Origin: an uncultured Gemmatimonadales bacterium
GTDB lineage: Bacteria > Gemmatimonadota > Gemmatimonadetes > Gemmatimonadales > GWC2-71-9
Length of the DNA stretch: 64,000 nucleotides
Direction: 5' to 3'
Assembly (NCBI GenBank): GCA_963748815.1
Contig: CAVVKJ010000009.1
Span: 1-64,000 of the forward strand
Shown here: positions 63,898 through 64,000 of the stretch, one piece after another
How positions within the stretch are numbered: position 1 is the first letter of the stretch
How the letters are laid out: each line of letters starts with the position of its first letter
Made by a program: the position numbers and the translations under genes
Notes under the pieces: model-generated
What the model saw: only the letters and a program-made list of their open reading frames with translations
Told to the model about the DNA's origin: nothing
Database searches by the model: none

Positions 63898-64000
63898 GAG
63901 CCGTCACCATTGTCCAGGAGGGAGACCGGAAACTCTGTTTGTGAAACAATTCACGAAGTCGCAAGTGCAGCGGAGAGAATCGCCTTGCCCCGCGCAGGCC

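Overview
High-GC bacterial chromosome segment. The gene content (many ADOP-type duplicated ABC permeases with PadR regulators, Hanks kinase, M6 protease, alternative complex III) resembles Gemmatimonadota/Acidobacteriota; this is inference, not a database assignment. (1) 1-10350 is the right arm of a genomic island at the 3' end of tRNA-Ala(UGC), with visibly lower-GC cargo. It carries a tyrosine integrase, three small HTH genes and a minus-strand defence operon: SNF2-like helicase with a degenerate PLD-like N-terminus, DUF4391-like protein, and two tandem type III Mod methyltransferases with unrelated target-recognition regions (the second runs off the left edge). (2) 10.5-16.8 kb: toxin-antitoxin genes, Vgb-like propeller, repeat lipoprotein, SH3 protein and kinase. 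(3) 16.8-40.3 kb: six large ABC permeases, two ATPases, a periplasmic adaptor, two PadR and an NtrC-type two-component system. Repeated cis-elements are readable directly: ECF-type promoters, a PadR-type palindrome, and sigma54 promoter plus enhancer pairs. (4) 40.5-48.3 kb: flavin genes, IorAB-like molybdoenzyme, M6 protease plus lipoprotein. (5) 48.8-52.9 kb: putative sphingolipid operon (Spt, bCerS-like, CerR-like, PAP2/Aur1-like). (6) 53-64 kb: blue copper lipoprotein, Cys-rich protein, ECF sigma/anti-sigma and actABCDEF. Four intergenic (GCGGGGAA)n arrays share one 3' junction, and two continue into a colinear ~200-nt conserved element. Many genes, including housekeeping actB, are split by 1-nt indels, most likely sequencing/assembly errors. 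All family calls are from manual motif recognition; no searches were run.
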